Shown in pieces: positions 50,816 through 64,000 of a stretch of 64,000 bases of DNA. The translations under genes and the position numbers were made by a program. The notes beneath the pieces were generated by a model. That model made no database searches. It saw nothing but the letters and a program-made list of their open reading frames with translations, and was not told where the DNA came from. How positions within the stretch are numbered: the stretch's first letter is position 1; each line of letters begins with the position of its first letter. The DNA is taken from assembly GCA_964035545.1 (NCBI GenBank), contig OZ037765.1, positions 13,154,698-13,218,697 on the forward strand. Reading direction: 5' to 3'. The DNA comes from Bugula neritina (lineage: Eukaryota; Animalia; Bryozoa).

Positions 50816-51140
50816 ACAAGTACATGCAAAAATCTACTACACAATTACAGCATAAAAATTGATACGCAACATTAGTACAAGAAATATTACATAACTTCAG
50901 AATGCGTATTTCAGTAAAATTACATTATGTTGAAAGCTTCAACAGTAATTACCATACTTAGGCATTAGCAAGCTAGCTTACTTAACTATAATTACAGAGT
51001 TAATAACGATACGCAACAGTATTTATAATATACTGTTGCACGCTGTTATTTCGCAACTAATAGAGGGTAAAAATCCATTACACTATTAAACTTAGTATTG
51101 GTATTACATAAAGTGATAATATAATATTACTCGGCTATTA

Positions 51141-53000
51141 ATCATCATCACCATAGCAGTCTCAGTCTGTCAGTGCGATAATGACTGTTTTCAATTTGGG
51201 TTAAATTCAATTAAACATCTCCATCCGCAGCGTTTCTACATTTACAATTACTGATTTAGTCTTCCTTTGCCAGCTATCTCTGTTTATATCTATCTTTTTC
51301 ATATTTTGCTTTACAGTGTCTTTAAATCTCAGTTTGGGCCTTCCTTGGTTACGTTTACCATCTTTCAGCTGCAAATAAAAAAGTTGTTCAGGTAAGCAGC
51401 TATGGTCCACCCTCCTGAGTTGTCCTAGCCGGTGTCCGGTAAAAATGGCGCGGGTAAAACTGGCACAAATAGCAAACACTCTTTTCTATCACCTTTCTTA
51501 AATAATCGGAAAATTCTTGCATCCTTCCAGTCTTGTGTGATCAGATAATCTTTCTAATATTTTCTCATTTTCTTATAGAACTGTGGTTCCATTGTGGTCA
51601 CAGGGTTGAATGATTCCTCTTGATTTGGGGCCACAAGCTTCTTTTAAGCCTATATAGAATGCTTTCATGTCCCTTTTGTTCGCTGCCACTTGAAATTCTA
51701 TTGCATTTTCTTCCCACCATCTACTTTTCATCTCTCTGGTATATCTCTAAAAACTGCCTTGTGCTTTTGAGTAGGTCTTTCTTTTCAATCTCGTATTACA
51801 CTGGAAGAAAGCTTGTCTTGCCTTGTTTTTCTTCTCATTCAGCTGCCGTAGCAGTTCATCATCTCATTAAACCAATCCTGATGTTTCCGGCCTTGCTTAC
51901 CAAGCACTTCACTTGCAGTCGAAAACACTGTTTTCTTCAGAACTTTCCACATTTGCTCTATGCCATAGTTATTTGCATCCCAGCACTTTAGATTCTCATC
52001 TAATTCCTTTTCAAGTTGTTCTCTTTTTTTTTTATCTTTCAGCATGCCAGTGTTTAGTTTAATTAGTTACTTAGGTCCAATTTTTTTGCGATGCAATTTT
52101 CTTTTGATCCTCATTTTTGATCTTAGTATTACATTATTTGTGCCACAAATGCATTCATGTATTTTGTGCGATTTCTTGTGTTTAAAGATGGTACTAGTTA
52201 CCACAAGACTGTGCTCTGAACAAAGAGGTAGAAGCAACTCTCCATTTCAATGCACCTACATACACCATGACTACCAAGTACTCCTTTCCATTTCTCAGAA
52301 TTTCAGCCTATCCTCGCATTACAATTACCGATCAGTATCAATCTATCGTCAGTTGGAACACAATTAAATGTGTCTTCCACTCTGCAACGGTTCTTTTACT
52401 TCTTCTGTATTAGTCCTAGTAGGAGCATATATGCTAATGAAAGTAGCGTAAAATCTCTTCTGGAGAGGAAGTCTCATTGTCATGATTCGGTTATTCACAG
52501 GAGTTGGTTCTTCATCCAAGGTAGCAGCGATCTCATTTTTTGGGGAAAATCCCACACCTAATTCTCTTCTTTCATCAGCTGACTTTACACTCCAGTAAAA
52601 GCTATACCCATGATCTTGTTTCACTAAGTGCGGGCACATCGATGCCATATTTGTCCATCTTCATGGCCACAAGAGCTGTCTGTCTCTCTGTGCGCTGTGA
52701 TTGTAATCGATCCATTAGTCTCCATATATTCCATTCTGGTACATATAAGGGGAAATCTCTTCCCTTTTTCCTTTTGTCTCCTAGCGCACTTTTCGCTGAC
52801 TTCCAGAGCGAGAACGGATCAGCACAAACCTTGTTATTCTGGGGGATGTCCGAGCCGGCATGAATTTGCTTTTGACTTACCATGAAAACTGCTTGCAAAG
52901 GATTTAAGGTACCACTGGTTTTTACATGACCAATAGCACACACTTGGCAGAAAATGGGGTTATCAATGGCAAGGACAAGCCTAGACAGACTAATCTCCAG
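51141..53000 (-). mobile_element. Degraded, internally deleted RTE-clade LINE
   Basis: APE N-terminus WNIWRLMD..RTERQTALVA..YGIDVPALSETR, GYSFYWS..GVGF, RIMTMRLPL, ISIYAPT; RKHQDWFNE; C-terminus LPEQLFY.QLKDGKRNQGRPKLRFKD; (TGA)n tail at ~51141-51152; RT core missing. Confidence 0.88.
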
Positions 53001-54090
53001 AAAATAAGTATGTTAATCCCTGCTCTTTTGGAAGTGTGTGTCACCTCACACTGACTGGCATGGCCCACCACAGACCTCAGGATGTTTAGTCTCACTCATT
53101 TCTCAGTTTAGTCGCTGACCACTCGAACTATAAAACAGATTTTACCAGCTTTTTGGTTATCCAGTAGCAGGCATTCTACCTGACCTGGACTAGGCTGTTA
53201 GTATTTACGTATATCATATTGATATTGTTATTGTATAGCTATAAGTATAACATTAATGGTTGAATTTAATGATTAATCATTATTCATTATCATTATGATT
53301 TTTTTAACATCGTTCATTAACAATATTTTGGGCTTAGTCAGTTACTCTAAGTTGCTACACTTACAGTCACTCACCCACTCACTTACACGATTTTCATAGT
53401 TGTACTAAAAAATTAATCATTTTGGCTATTACTATTAGTATTAGTATTAAATTTTATATTGAAAATCTGTAATGGTATTCATATTATTTATATTGATATA
53501 CACTTTGACTTTTGACTTTAAGTGCAATGCTAAATCTAAGTGTGTGCGTGTGTGTTATGAATTAATTAGTCTAGCATTCCGAAATTAATATGAATTAAAA
53601 TGAAATAAGTCCTTTATTCTTAGCTCCATGTAGTTGTCACTACCTCAATAATGTACTGGTGGCCATATATTGATAATACAATTATTTTTAACTTTGTAAA
53701 CCAGCTAGTAGAAAATTACTTGTAATAAACTAAAATAGTAGAAACACATTTTCAGCATATGCTTAAACTCATGTGTTTATTGCTAGTTTTTAAAGCCACT
53801 TTCACAAAAACTTTTTTTGCTGAATATAATATAGTGAGGAATATTGCACCAAAAGCAATGTAGATTTTAAGACATAGCAGCTTTATCTCTGTCAAGATGT
53901 TTATCCCACTTATAGTACATAATTTAGTTTGTAGGCCAAACTAATAAAAAGAAAATTAACCAACTAGCCTACTTATTCCTGGTGATGATAATTCAACCAT
54001 CTAAGCCTCATCACTTGGATATGGGATGTGAATGAATAATATAATTATTTTGTTAACAATAGTGAAGAATATTTCTAATATTTTCTCTAG

Positions 54091-56756
54091 ATGGCAGAGT
54101 TGGATGTAGGTTCTTCACCACAGTGTTTGTTTGAAAGTATCATGTCTGAAACTATGACAGAACCTACGGTGTTTGAAGGGTTTATCAGCCATTGGGGGGC
54201 AATTACTTGGTCACCAGACACTTTGGCAGAATTGGAATCTATTTCTAAAACTAAACTCATATGCAGAAAATCAAAATTAAAAGAAGATGGCTGCTGTAGT
54301 GAGCCACCACATAAAGTTCCCAAACATGGTAAAATGGTATAGTGAGTCTATATCTATTACTAAACTGCTATTATGTTTTAGAATTTAAATTATGCCATTG
54401 TTTTCCAGTTTGCATTTTGTTTTGAAATTTTAAAAATGAATTTAGATTTTGTTATACGAACAGCAATTTTGGTATTGCCTTTTTGTCAACAAGTATGTAA
54501 AGCTTTGCACTATTAATTTATGAATGCTGTTGGTTTTAATGACTTTTCGAAAAACACTTATTTTGGTAACATTTGGGTAGTTACTTGGAGTTATCTTATT
54601 TTTACGTAGAGTTTTGTAATAATGAACTCTCAAAAATCCATAATGATTTTCAAGTTGTTTCAAATTATATAAAGCAACTAAATTTTTCATGTTAGCCATC
54701 CTTCGATATGATTTTAGAAATTCAATGGGAAAATTTGAGTGAATATGAGACCTTCACATTTAAAGAGTTTGCAAATTACGACAAACAAATAAGTTTGAAG
54801 CCGAATCATTGTCATCAATGGCTTTATGCTGATTACAAGCACATGAAGGATATTTTTCATGATTCTCTCTCGGTCAGTGTATTACCATAATTGTTGCCAT
54901 CAAATTATATAAACTTTAGTATGCATGTTATTATAACATCAGCAGCGCAGATATTTCTGACTGTTATACTTTTGTTACTTGTAGATGTTGGAAGATGTTG
55001 ACTGGAGTACTTTTGGGTTTCATGGAAGAAATGGCAACAGTTCGACATTTTGGATGGGCACAGCAGGATCAAACACTCCCTGTCATTATGACACATATGG
55101 CTGTAATCTAGTAGCTCAACTATATGGCAAGTGAGTTTATGTCATTTGACAATTGGCGATTTCATGCATAGAGTTGCTTGCTATACTTGCTTGAGTTGTT
55201 TGAGTTTTCTTTCCAACATTTTGTCTATGAATTATATTAAAGGGCTGTCTGTAACTTTATGTTTACCATGTTGTAAAGTACATTTTATTTTTTAAGCGTT
55301 TCTGTGTTGAGTAAAGACTCATGTGTGCTGACGAAATTCCTAATGCTGACACCACTGGATTTTGTAGGAAGCGGTGGATTTTATTCCCTCCATCGGATTG
55401 CAACTTTTTGTATCCTACAAGAATTCCATTTGAAGAGTCCAGTGTATTTAGCCATGTCAATGTCAAGAACCCAGACCTTCGGAGACACCCACTCTATTCG
55501 GTGAGTGGCATATACTAAGCGTTGCACTAATAATCTTACAACATACATACGTTCACCCAGTTCTATGGAAAACTAAATGTACATGCATTTTGTTGTTATC
55601 TAGAAAGTGTCTAAGTATGAGGTAGTTCTAAAGCCAGGACAAGTTCTCTATGTACCTAAACACTGGTGGCATTATGTGGAGTGTGAGAGCACTGCGATCT
55701 CTGTAAATACTTGGGTTGGTTTGGTGAGTTACCACTTGACTTACCAAATATTGTTACCACATTATTGTTGTGAAACTGGTTGGGTACCCACTGATGTGAA
55801 GCATCCAACAATATGGCTTCCTAAATACATAGCTCAATGCTAATCTGCTACATGCAAGACCAATTTAATCTGAATATTACTTTACTCATTTTTATGGGAA
55901 CAGATATGGTAGAACTTATTTATGCTCATAGTCCTTGGTTAGTAAAAGCTGGTTTCTTGTTGTGGTGTAGTTTAGTCTGTAACAAAGCTATTTTCCTACA
56001 GTTAGTTGTATATCTTGAATGACTTTTCTAGTTTTGTTGGTTGACTCAAATTGTATAAATGGCAAACTAATAAAAATTATTACTATGTAGTGTAAACAAT
56101 AATATATACTCTAAAGTGTTCATGTTTTGCATTGCCACAGACAACTCAAAGCAATGTATTCCAAAATTATGTTTATTTGCAATGTAGTTTTACTTTTTGA
56201 ACCAGGCAAGTGACAAGGATGACCATGTTAAAGAAAATCTTGCTGCAATGTTAACTAAAAGCATGCTGGATTACGCTGGGCACCTGAACGACCTTGAAAT
56301 TTATAATCCCAAAGAGGTAAATTACTCTTGAAATTTTTAATAAGTCCAAAACAACTATAGTATTGTATACTAGGTTTCATAAGTTGTGTTTTTTAAAGTT
56401 CTGCAAATACTGAGCAAATGAAAATCTTTCTGCAGGTACCCTTAGAATACAATGAAGGAATGAACATACTTAATAAACTTCTGCTTACTGAACCAAAGAT
56501 TATAGAAGAACAAAAACGGGTTAATGCTAAAACTCATGAAAAATTTTGTTCATGCTGTAAGAAAACAGTTACTCCATTGCAAAGAGTTGAAAAAGCTGAG
56601 GCTGCACCATCTGAGCTCGACACTCTACTACCTGGTGAATGTGAGCCAGGCAACCAACAGCACATGACACTCTCTGGTCTATTAGACTGTGTTATTCATC
56701 CAGATGTTCTTCAACTTATGAAAGATATTTTAAACACGCAAAGAAAATTGCCATGA
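54091..56756 (+). CDS. HSPBAP1: HSPB1-associated protein 1 (JmjC/cupin-8 oxygenase), ~407 aa; exons 54091-54328, 54718-54872, 54985-55130, 55368-55500, 55604-55723, 56206-56316, 56436-56756
   Basis: WLYADYKHM, FWMGTAGSNTPCHYDTYGCNLVAQLYGKKRWILFPP, LYPTRIPFEESSVFS, PGQVLYVPKHWWHYVE; HxD...H triad intact; total 1224 nt, in frame. Confidence 0.93.
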
Positions 56757-57077
56757 TATTTTTTTACATATTTTTTATTAAAATAGAAAATATATTTCAC
56801 TCTGCCAGTATAAATAAAACAAAATACATTTATATAAACTTGGTATTGAAAAACCTGTTTCGTACATCATATCGATTCCAAAAACTCAAATTTATTTGGT
56901 AGGATGGATAGAAAATAAAACGTTTTATGAATTAAAATACTTGTATAGATTATTATGACACATGATTAAAAATAAGCAAGACAGATGCCCTTTAAGGATG
57001 CTAATACAAGAAATAATGAATATTTGCAAAATTTGGGAATGCAGGCTTAGTCTATGTTGTGTAGTTCATGTTGAATT

Positions 57078-60000
57078 TTAAGCAATAACCAGTGGTTCGT
57101 CATCAGAGAAGCCTTGAATCAACGGAGTGTCGTCATCATCTGCAATAAATAACTCCATGGTATACAGTATACATTATCACTCCATGATATACAGTATACA
57201 TTATCACTCCATGATATATAGTATAAATTATCACTCCATGATATATAGTATACATTATCACTCCATGATATACAGTATACATTATCACTCCATAATATAT
57301 AGTATAATTATCACTCCATAATATATATTATATAGTATACAATATCACTCCATGATATATAGTATACATTATCACTCCATGATATACAGTACACATTCTC
57401 ACTCCATAATATATAGTATACATTATAATTCCATAGTGTATATAGTATAGATTATAACTCCATAACATAAAAGTAAGTTATCTATCAAAATTTGCATAAT
57501 AAACAAATAATGAGCAACATTATTAATTCAGCTAAAATATTTGTTATGGCTCAACTTCAAAACTGAAGCTTTTGGCCACAGCTATCAGCTGCTTTACAGT
57601 GTATAGCCCAGTGTTCAAGTATGAGGCATTGTGCGTGAATAGCCAACTTGTAGCAAACAGCAACCACAAAAAGTATAAAACAATAAAGTTCCACATTTGC
57701 AGAGGAATCTACTAGAAAAGTAAAGACCAACCATTAGAAAATGTAGCGTTGTCTGTTCTGGTGTTGTAATGGCTAGTGGTGAAATCAAGAAAACTTCTCT
57801 GCAGTCTTCGATGTCTGACACACCATACAGTGAGCAGGGTACCGAGTATGAGCACCACCACCACTGACACAATTATACCGACGTACATGCCTACTGGTCC
57901 CTTGTTGCTCTCCTTACCGGTATGTGGTGCAACAGGGCCAACTAAAAATAATGCATTATTAGTCGTATGTTTCTAGACTAGCTGTAAAAACCACTAGGGC
58001 TAAGGCTAAATCTTGGTGTTGAAATACAATTAAAGTACAAGCTAATTACGCCTGGTTGATTACTTAACTGGGATTACACTGCAATGTTCCATTAGTCAGT
58101 TAGAGTTTAGTCAAGTCTATTAAATTTTTGTTTTGTTATTCAACTCTTCAATCTACTGCTATCAAAGCACTCAAAAATGACAAAATTCAATTTCCAAACT
58201 TTAATTTCCGAACATAAAAACTGCACACACAGGCTTTGGCACATTTTGAACACTACAGCTAGATTAGACCACTGAAAACTCCTCTACCACTACTAAACTA
58301 AGCAACTTTCACCCAGATGTGTGTTATATCTTTTCACTACTATACTAGCTTACTACTAAGTAGTACTAAAATAGAGCATGGCTAAAATTTCAACACTGAA
58401 AATAAATAAAAAAGTAATTGGTATTGACAATTTCTTTTATTGCTAACTGCAATTTTTGTACTACAAAGTGAACACTAGCAAATTGTCTGCTTACCAGCTG
58501 GTGCTTTTTCACCAGTATTGATTGTGATTGAAGCAGATCCGTATTTTCCGTAATACTGATGACCGTTATAAGATCTGACATATCTCATCTTGATGGTATA
58601 ATCATGCACTCCTGGCTGCAGAGTGACGTTGCAAGCACCCTTAGCCGAAGCTATAAATTCATGTCCGTTGTCAACAAGCTCCCCATCGCCATACTGATAC
58701 TGAATGTTTACATGCTGCAAGTAAAATAAGCAAAGATTAAATAAAAAGATAAAAAAATTACTTGCCAGCTGCCTACAAGTGTTCAGATAAATAATATTAT
58801 GTGTAGATTAAAATACACAAAACAATTTTTGCTATGTCGCAGTTTATTGACCACCAGAAAGGCATGTCTGTGCTCAATAGAACTTCAAGTAGTAATGAAG
58901 TTGTCCTCACCACTGGTGCTACTTTTCCCAGAAAAGAAGATCCATACAAGTCGGTGTAATAACTTTTCAGTGTGTAGTGTAACTGATCACTCTCGTTGTA
59001 AATAGTGAAAATGGGCGATTTGTATGCAGCTGCAATAAATAAGTATAGAATTAATTCGCTGACAAAATCACAGCTCATAGGGAGTTTCTAATTTAGCTGA
59101 AGAGTACTGAGCACCCCTTTTAGCTTTACTAAAACTTGTTGAAATCAGAAAGATGCAAAAGATCACTCTAATAGTAATACATGACTCATTAACTCACTAC
59201 TTAATTCGTAATGAAAAAAAAGATGTATTCCTAAAGTCAATCGCATGAATTCAATAATGATTTTAATAGCTAATTCAATTTTATAAGAAACTTTTACTTG
59301 AATCGCTAAAGGTCTTAAGTAAGTCATCAAATGGACAAAGTGATATATAAATACAATATATTATAGGATTTATCATTTTAAAACATCACAAGACAATCAT
59401 TTTTATGAGTTGCTTTTACAACGCAAAATACTTGTACAATTATCAGCTCTGCTGAACTGAATTCTTGACTGTATATACAGTATATATATAAGCATGCAGG
59501 ATGGGATAGTGTAATTTTATCAGATAATCACAGAAATTTGAGTCTAAAAATAGCATATACAAGGAAAATGTTAGCAAGCCAGGTTATAATTATTTATTAC
59601 TACCAATATTCTCCAAATGTGAAACCAGCTGTGGTACAAGTAAACGCCAGAGTTACAAGGCTCAAGAAGATCACATTCAGATCACGATTTGTGACGTAAC
59701 ATAAAGATATATATTATTCATGTTGGATGTGGCGGGCTAAATTTTCTATCCCAGGCAAAAACATAGAATATTGTAATATGGAAGGATATAAATATATACA
59801 TGCACAGTGGCCCATGATAGTTGACAACAAGCATGCAATTAAGAACACTGTTAAGCCACACATATGTCTTGTGAAACTCTCTTCTCTATAGAAATAAACT
59901 TGTCATGCTAAATCCTGTATTTGTGTGCATCCAAAACGCAACAGACTGAAAGGGTCTTATTGGTTGTACCAGTAATCAACACACCTGGCTTGAAGTGATG

Positions 60001-63000
60001 CCTGCTGCTGTTAGAGCCACCCTGTAGAGCATTCTGAATAGTAACAGTATATTCGCCAGACCTCTGTAAGGTAACAGTCTTGTGATGAATGCCCTTCGGT
60101 ATTGTTAGGGGTTTGGTGTCTATGTCATCTCCAGCTATGTAGAAAATGTGAGCCTACAAAACATATCATATTGTGATAAAGCATAAAAATAAGAATTGTC
60201 GCACCGGTGAATAATTAAATTTCACTAATACTTTTAATTTAAAATCGGTGAACTATCATTGAAAATTTAAGCATTCATCAAGGATATCGTTATATTATAT
60301 ACAAGTGAACACAATTTTTTAGCCAGTTTTGTGCCTCAGTATGAATTGCATTTAAATGCACCATGAACTATATAAAACATACATAAAAATAGAGTTTAGT
60401 TCAAATAAATATATAAATCAGGCTGAAGCTTACAACAACCATTGCGCTCTCATGATTATACCACTTAAAACAGAGCAACTCTGGGGTCACTTCAGTCTCA
60501 ATAAAACCATGAAGACCAAAAAAACTATATATAGCAGTAAGCCGTTATTGCAGTATATTATATTTAATATTCGCAGTTCCCCTACAGTCAAAAGTACACC
60601 TGCAGATATTTGTAAAGAAGTTACATTAAACCATCTGCTCACCCCTTTGGACACATTGCAGGAAGGTATCCAACTAATGGTGACATCAATAGGATCACTT
60701 CCCGTATCTCCAAATATACTGGGATATAGAAGAGCGGTGAGACCATCTCCAGGAGGACTACTAGTAGAGAGGTGGCGGGGAGGGCCAAGGTCATCTGCAA
60801 CACGTAGTACATCACCATATTCAATAGAAATCTTGATAGGGTAAATGACATCACGCTACACCACATTATACTAATGTGTCTGGGATGAGATACATTCATC
60901 AGAACTTGCTAGAGACACAAAGTTGCTTTACTTTGACATATTACAACTACAACATTTATGGTACAAGATCCATAAACCTCACTGAAAAGTTGAGACTCAG
61001 ATCACATGCTTGATTAAAACCAATTCAGTTGATGAACAATACAAGCAAAACAGTGGAACTGAAGCTACAGTTATTAGACTATAGATCTTACCCTCCAGAG
61101 TACGAGTATGAACAGGAATAGAGAGAGGGCCAGAGTAAGGTGACTTGGATCTAACAGCAAAGAAGTACGGCTCACAACTTAATAAATCCTTTATTTCAAT
61201 TTTGTTTGTCACTGAAGTGTATGTATGCTTATAGTTTCCTTCTTCAAGCTTAACCTTTTGAGTGGCAACGACAATCTCATAGAGCTTGGTCTACAAAATT
61301 AACCGCAACATGAGAACCTTCTAAACGCAAATGAATGCAAATAAAATCTCACTAAAAAGCTTAGAGCCAAATACTAAGGCTAGATTTCATCTTATTCACA
61401 AAGAAATATCACAGCGGAAATAATTATAGTGAATATGATTTATTTCTACACTGAATTTCGCAAGTGTTTTTAGATTTGTGATATGTAATAAATCATGATG
61501 ATGTTGGCTATTTTGTACTAGCCTCTAGCAGTAACATGTTAACCCCTTGGAATTGATTTGAACATTCTATAAAATCAATAATAGTTTGATGAAGATCTGT
61601 TGTTGAGAATTAGTAGAAACATGCTATTAGTGAGCTTCATATATTTACATAAAGTAAGCCAGTGTCAGCGCAATATCATTGATTAAAAGAAATTCAGTTA
61701 TTGTCATGGAATTGAGTTGACGGTAACAAAATACAAAAACTACCAGTAAAGAGTAACTGATTAGTGAATTTATGACTTACTCCCGATACTGGTGTCCATT
61801 CCAGCTGAGCAGTGTTGGTTGTTACTTCTGTCACGGTCAATCCTGTTACTGCTGACATGAGAACACCTAAAGAGTAGACAACACAACATGTTAGCTGCAT
61901 ATTTGATACACCGCAGATGAGCCTATGGCAAATGAGTAACATGCAACAGATGAGTAATATGTAGCAGATGAGTAATATGTAGCAGATGAGTAATATATAG
62001 CAGATGAGTAATATATAACAGATGAGTAATATATAACAGATGAGTAACATGTAACAGATGAGTAATATATAACAGATGAGTAATATGTAACAGATGAGTA
62101 ACATGTAACAGATGAGTAATATATAACAGATGAGTAATATGTAACAGATGAGTAACATGTAGCAGATGAGTAATATGTAACAGATGAGTAATATGTAACA
62201 GATGAGTAATATGTAACAGATGAGTAATATATAGCAGATGAGTAATATGTAGCAGATGAGTAATATATAGCAGATGAGTAATATGTAACAGATGAGTAAT
62301 ATGTAGCAGATGAGTAATATATAGCAGATGAGTAATATGTAGCAGATGAGTAACATGTAACAGATGAGTAATATGTAGCAGATGAGTAATATGTAGCAGA
62401 TGAGTAATATATAGCAGATGAGTAATATATAACAGATGAGTAATATATAACAGATGAGTAACATGTAACAGATGAGTAATATATAACAGATGAGTAATAT
62501 GTAACAGATGAGTAACATGTAACAGATGAGTAATATATAACAGATGAGTAATATGTAACAGATGAGTAATATGTAACAGATGAGTAATATGTAACAGATG
62601 AGTAATATATAGCAGATGAGTAATATATAGCAGATGAGTAATATGTAACAGATGAGTAACATGTAGCAGATGAGTAATATGTAACAGATGAGTAACATGT
62701 AACAGATGAGTAACATGTAACAGATGAGTAGTATGTAACAGATGAGTAATATATAACAGATGAGTAATATATAGCAGATGAGTAATATGTAGCAGATGAG
62801 TAATATGTAGCAGATGAGTAACATGTAACAGATGAGTAGTATGTAACAGATGAGTAATATGTAACAGATGAGTAATATATAACAGATGAGTAATATATAA
62901 CAGATGAGTAATATATAACAGATGAGTAACATGTAACAGATGAGTAATATATAGCAGATGAGTAATATATAACAGATGAGTAATATATAACAGATGAGTA

Positions 63001-64000
63001 ATATATAACAGATGAGTAATATATAACAGATGAGTAACATGTAACAGATGAGTAACATGTAACAGATGAGTAATATATAACAGATGAGTAGTATGTAACA
63101 GATGAGTAATATATAGCAGATGAGTAATATATAACAGATGAGTAATATATAGCAGATGAGTAATATATAGCAGATGAGTAATATGTAACAGATGAGTAAT
63201 ATATAGCAGATGAGTAATATATAGCAGATGAGTAACATGTAGCAGATGAGTAATATGTAACAGATGAGTAACATGTAACAGATGAGTAACATGTAACAGA
63301 TGAGTAGTATGTAACAGATGAGTAATATATAACAGATGAGTAATATAGAGCAGATGAGTAATATGTAGCAGATGAGTAATATGTAGCAGATGAGTAACAT
63401 GTAACAGATGAGTAGTATGTAACAGATGAGTAATATGTAACAGATGAGTAATATATAACAGATGAGTAATATATAACAGATGAGTAATATGTAACAGATG
63501 AGTAATATATAACAGATGAGTAATATGTAACAGATGAGTAACATGTAACAGATGAGTAATATATAGCAGATGAGTAATATGTAACAGATGAGTAATATAT
63601 AACAGTGTAGTAGTTGCATTCAACTGATTCTATAGTAAGGTGTAGCCTTTCAAATACTTGTAAATACTGAGTGTTGGAAATAAAACATGTCAACTGAAAT
63701 ATCTAACTAAAATCTATTTCATTCAAAATAGTGAAAGAGAGAAACTAATAAAAGATGATTATTCCCAAGTGCACATCCAATGAATGCTAATTATTACCAA
63801 AATTACACGCATGCTGTCACCCTATATATTGAATAAAATGGCGCACCTGATGTGTTGCAATGAACTTTAGTAAAGTCACTTGTACAAGAAGGTGTATCAC
63901 TGCTAAGGGAGGAGATTTCCCATCTCTCTACTTCAGCTGAGATATCATATACTCGACCAGCTCCAAGGTTTCTAACTATAAAGTAGTTCAGCAGAAAGTA
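57078..64000 (-). CDS. SORL1: Sortilin-related receptor (SorLA), 3' part: FN3 domains, TM, tail; exons >64000-63880, 61866-61781, 61290-61092, 60794-60643, 60153-59985, 59029-58824 (donor tentative), 58714-58495, 57941-57732, 57139-57078
   Basis: FN3 motifs (VTGLTVTEVTTNTAQLEWTP, IKDLLSCEPYFFAVR, LGPPRHL); TM YVGIIVSVVVVLILGTLLTVWCV; tail RHRRLQRSFLDFTTSHY...DDDDTPLIQGFSDDEPLVIA* matches the SorLA tail pattern. Confidence 0.9.
57152..57465. repeat. 27-bp minisatellite (~11 copies) in the last SORL1 intron
   Basis: Unit CTCCATGATATAYAGTATACATTATCA. Confidence 0.93.
61930..63605. repeat. 18-bp minisatellite (~93 copies) in a SORL1 intron
   Basis: Unit CAGATGAGTAAYATRTAR, no length variants seen. 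Confidence 0.97.

Noticed and set aside
52950-53200. HDV-like ribozyme in the RTE 5' UTR
   Set aside because: Known from some RTE elements, but I could not fold the nested double pseudoknot here.
61930-63605. CRISPR-like array or tandem hammerhead cores (CAGATGAG)
   Set aside because: No unique spacers, eukaryotic context; not CUGAUGA, and no GAAA or stems.
61694-63693. Three 566-641 aa minus-strand ORFs (LLICYI, YYSSVT, THLLHI repeats)
   Set aside because: Result of an 18-bp unit with no stop codon on that strand; the array lies inside a SORL1 intron whose flanking exons join in phase.

Overview
AT-rich, intron-containing animal (invertebrate-like) genomic DNA. Conserved housekeeping genes frame the window: the 3' part of NSMCE4/Nse4 (+, 1772-4748), DCAF11/WDR23 (-, 39638-44711), HSPBAP1 JmjC (+, 54091-56756) and the 3' part of SORL1 (-, 57078 to beyond 64000). 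Between Nse4 and DCAF11 is a tandem array of four 7-exon paralogs (- strand) that I assembled by hand from GT-AG sites; all four splice in frame. Each encodes a signal peptide, a single NIDO domain and a variable-length stalk of NGQTTL-type hexapeptide repeats. Copies 1 and 2 have a transmembrane helix. Copy 1 ends in a PDZ-type ESTV tail, and copy 2's tail is cut short by a 1-nt frameshift. Copies 3 and 4 share a deletion of the transmembrane segment and look secreted. NIDO variation is concentrated in a few patches, and the copies are mosaics of one another. This looks like an undescribed diversifying receptor/soluble-isoform family; the function is inference only. Each duplication junction carries a decayed piece of the Nse4 3' end. 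Introns and intergenic DNA hold many insertions, several mappable by TSD or paralog empty site: SINEs, solo LTRs, hAT, TA-target and Harbinger-like MITEs, a LINE nested in a MITE, RTE and Gypsy relics, a type I hammerhead motif with a core mutation, and minisatellites. All coordinates were read manually; no searches were run.
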